Part shown: piece by piece, positions 62,934-64,000 of the stretch | Numbering within the stretch: position 1 is the stretch's first letter | Layout of the letters: each line of letters opens with the position of its first letter | From: Clostridia bacterium | GTDB taxonomy: Bacteria; Bacillota; Clostridia; UMGS1883 | Direction: 5' to 3' | DNA: 64,000 bases | Assembly (NCBI GenBank): GCA_045651805.1 | Contig: JAZRTB010000078.1 | Span: 2,707 to 66,706 of the forward strand | The notes under the pieces: model-generated | Told to the model about the DNA's origin: nothing | What the model saw: the letters and a program-made list of their open reading frames with translations, nothing else | Database searches by the model: none | Program-made: the position numbers and the translations under genes

Positions 62934-64000
62934 ATGAAAAATTTTGAAAGACAAATTGACATTATAGCGAAATTCGATATTGACGGAAAAGTTGTAAGTA
63001 TGGATAACTGTGGCGATGGTCATATTAATTCAACATACCTTGCAATTACAGATACAGGGGTAAAGTATTTACTTCAGAAAATCAATACAGGCGTTTTCTC
63101 CAAACCTGATGAGGTTATGGAAAACATAATGAATGTAACGGGCTTCCTGAAAGATAATGGGGAAGAAACTCTCAACGTCATAAAGTCACGCGATGGTGGA
63201 CTTATGGTATGGGATGATGGTGAGTGCTATCGTGTGTATGACTATATTGAGGGTACTGTTACATATCAGATTGCGGATGAAGAGGTTTTCAGAAATGCCG
63301 GTGAGGCTTTCGGTAAATTTCAGAAAACACTTTCTTCGTTCGATGCTGCAAAGCTTTATGAAATTATTGCAAATTTCCACAATACTCCCGTAAGATACCA
63401 AAACTTCTGCAAGGCTGTGGAAAATAACCTTTCAGGCAGACTTTCGGAGTGCGGTAGTGAGGTTGAGTTTGTAAAAAGTCGTGAAAATACATATGGTAAA
63501 ATAGTTGACGGTATTGAAAATGGTGAAATTCCTCTCAGGGTTACACACAATGATACCAAGCTTAATAATATTCTTATGGATGCGGTAAGCAAGAAGGCGA
63601 GAGCGGTAATTGACCTTGACACAGTTATGCCGGGATCGATGCTCTATGACTTTGGTGATGCTATCCGCTTTGGTGCGTCAACAGCTCCCGAGGATGAAAA
63701 GGACCTTTCAAAGGTGCATTTTGACATTAATATGTTCCGTGCCTACACAGAAGGTTTCTGTGGTGCTCTTAAGGATGATATTACTGAAAAGGAAGCTGAA
63801 CTTCTTCCGTACAGTGCATATCTTATGACTATGGAATGCGGAATGAGATTCCTTTCCGACTTTATTGATGGTGATACATACTTCTCAACAAAGTATCCCG
63901 AGCATAATCTTGTAAGATGTCGTACACAGTTCAGACTTGCTGATGAAATGGAACAGAATATGTCAGAAATGCAAAAAATAGTAGATGAGTGTTTGAGTAA
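62934..64000 (+). CDS. Aminoglycoside-phosphotransferase-fold kinase resembling N-acetylhexosamine 1-kinase (NahK/LnpB); 3' end runs off the window
   Basis: Not in the supplied ORF track because there is no stop inside the window. ATG 62934 follows GGAGGG. Motifs GDGHINSTY, THNDTKLNNILMD and VIDLDTVMPGSMLYDFGDAIRFG. The frame is open to nt 64000. Confidence 0.7.
   Translation, partial: MKNFERQIDIIAKFDIDGKVVSMDNCGDGHINSTYLAITDTGVKYLLQKINTGVFSKPDEVMENIMNVTGFLKDNGEETLNVIKSRDGGLMVWDDGECYRVYDYIEGTVTYQIADEEVFRNAGEAFGKFQKTLSSFDAAKLYEIIANFHNTPVRYQNFCKAVENNLSGRLSECGSEVEFVKSRENTYGKIVDGIENGEIPLRVTHNDTKLNNILMDAVSKKARAVIDLDTVMPGSMLYDFGDAIRFGASTAPEDEKDLSKVHFDINMFRAYTEGFCGALKDDITEKEAELLPYSAYLMTMECGMRFLSDFIDGDTYFSTKYPEHNLVRCRTQFRLADEMEQNMSEMQKIVDECLS

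Overview
This is a 64-kb chromosomal window from a low-GC, spore-forming Gram-positive anaerobe. It looks like Clostridia, possibly Ruminococcaceae/Oscillospiraceae, but that is inferred from gene content only; no database search was possible. I support about 45 protein genes. I saw no rRNA, tRNA, CRISPR array, transposase or integrase. The right part (49-62 kb) is conserved housekeeping: L21 leader-rplU-prp-rpmA, obg-yhbY-nadD-yqeK-rsfS-leuS-thrC, and tig-clpP-clpX. The middle holds a gerA-type germinant receptor operon, an MFS transporter, a class-I lysyl-tRNA synthetase fused to a tRNA-binding domain, a tandem glycine riboswitch driving an alanine/glycine:cation symporter, a walRK-yycHI-like operon, an AI-2E/FHA/SEDS/class-B-PBP operon, a 1453-aa secreted LamG/esterase protein, an XRE regulator, and SulP and DMT transporters. 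The left third (0-21 kb) looks like accessory cell-envelope DNA. It has a truncated giant surface-repeat protein with a small peptide gene, a GT2-LtaS-GT2 cluster and an S8-protease/vWA/zinc-ribbon membrane protein. It also has the best candidate for an undescribed system, a tight five-gene operon at 3.5-12.6 kb on the minus strand. That operon encodes a leaderless, extremely acidic protein with about 27 tandem DxDGDG calcium-loop repeats and a C-terminal papain-fold (C39-like) Cys-His-Asp domain, a translationally coupled 176-aa partner, two tandem bacterial dynamin-like GTPases, and a membrane-anchored trypsin-like protease. Non-coding oddities are an array of nine TCGATAT/ATATCGA heptamers in convergent orientation upstream of obg, a 225-230-bp tandem module with terminators and UUCG hairpins in the lysK 3' region, a 73-bp tandem repeat upstream of the five-gene operon, and a ~127-nt multi-stem element after thrC. 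All domain calls come from motifs read by eye and need HMM or structure confirmation.
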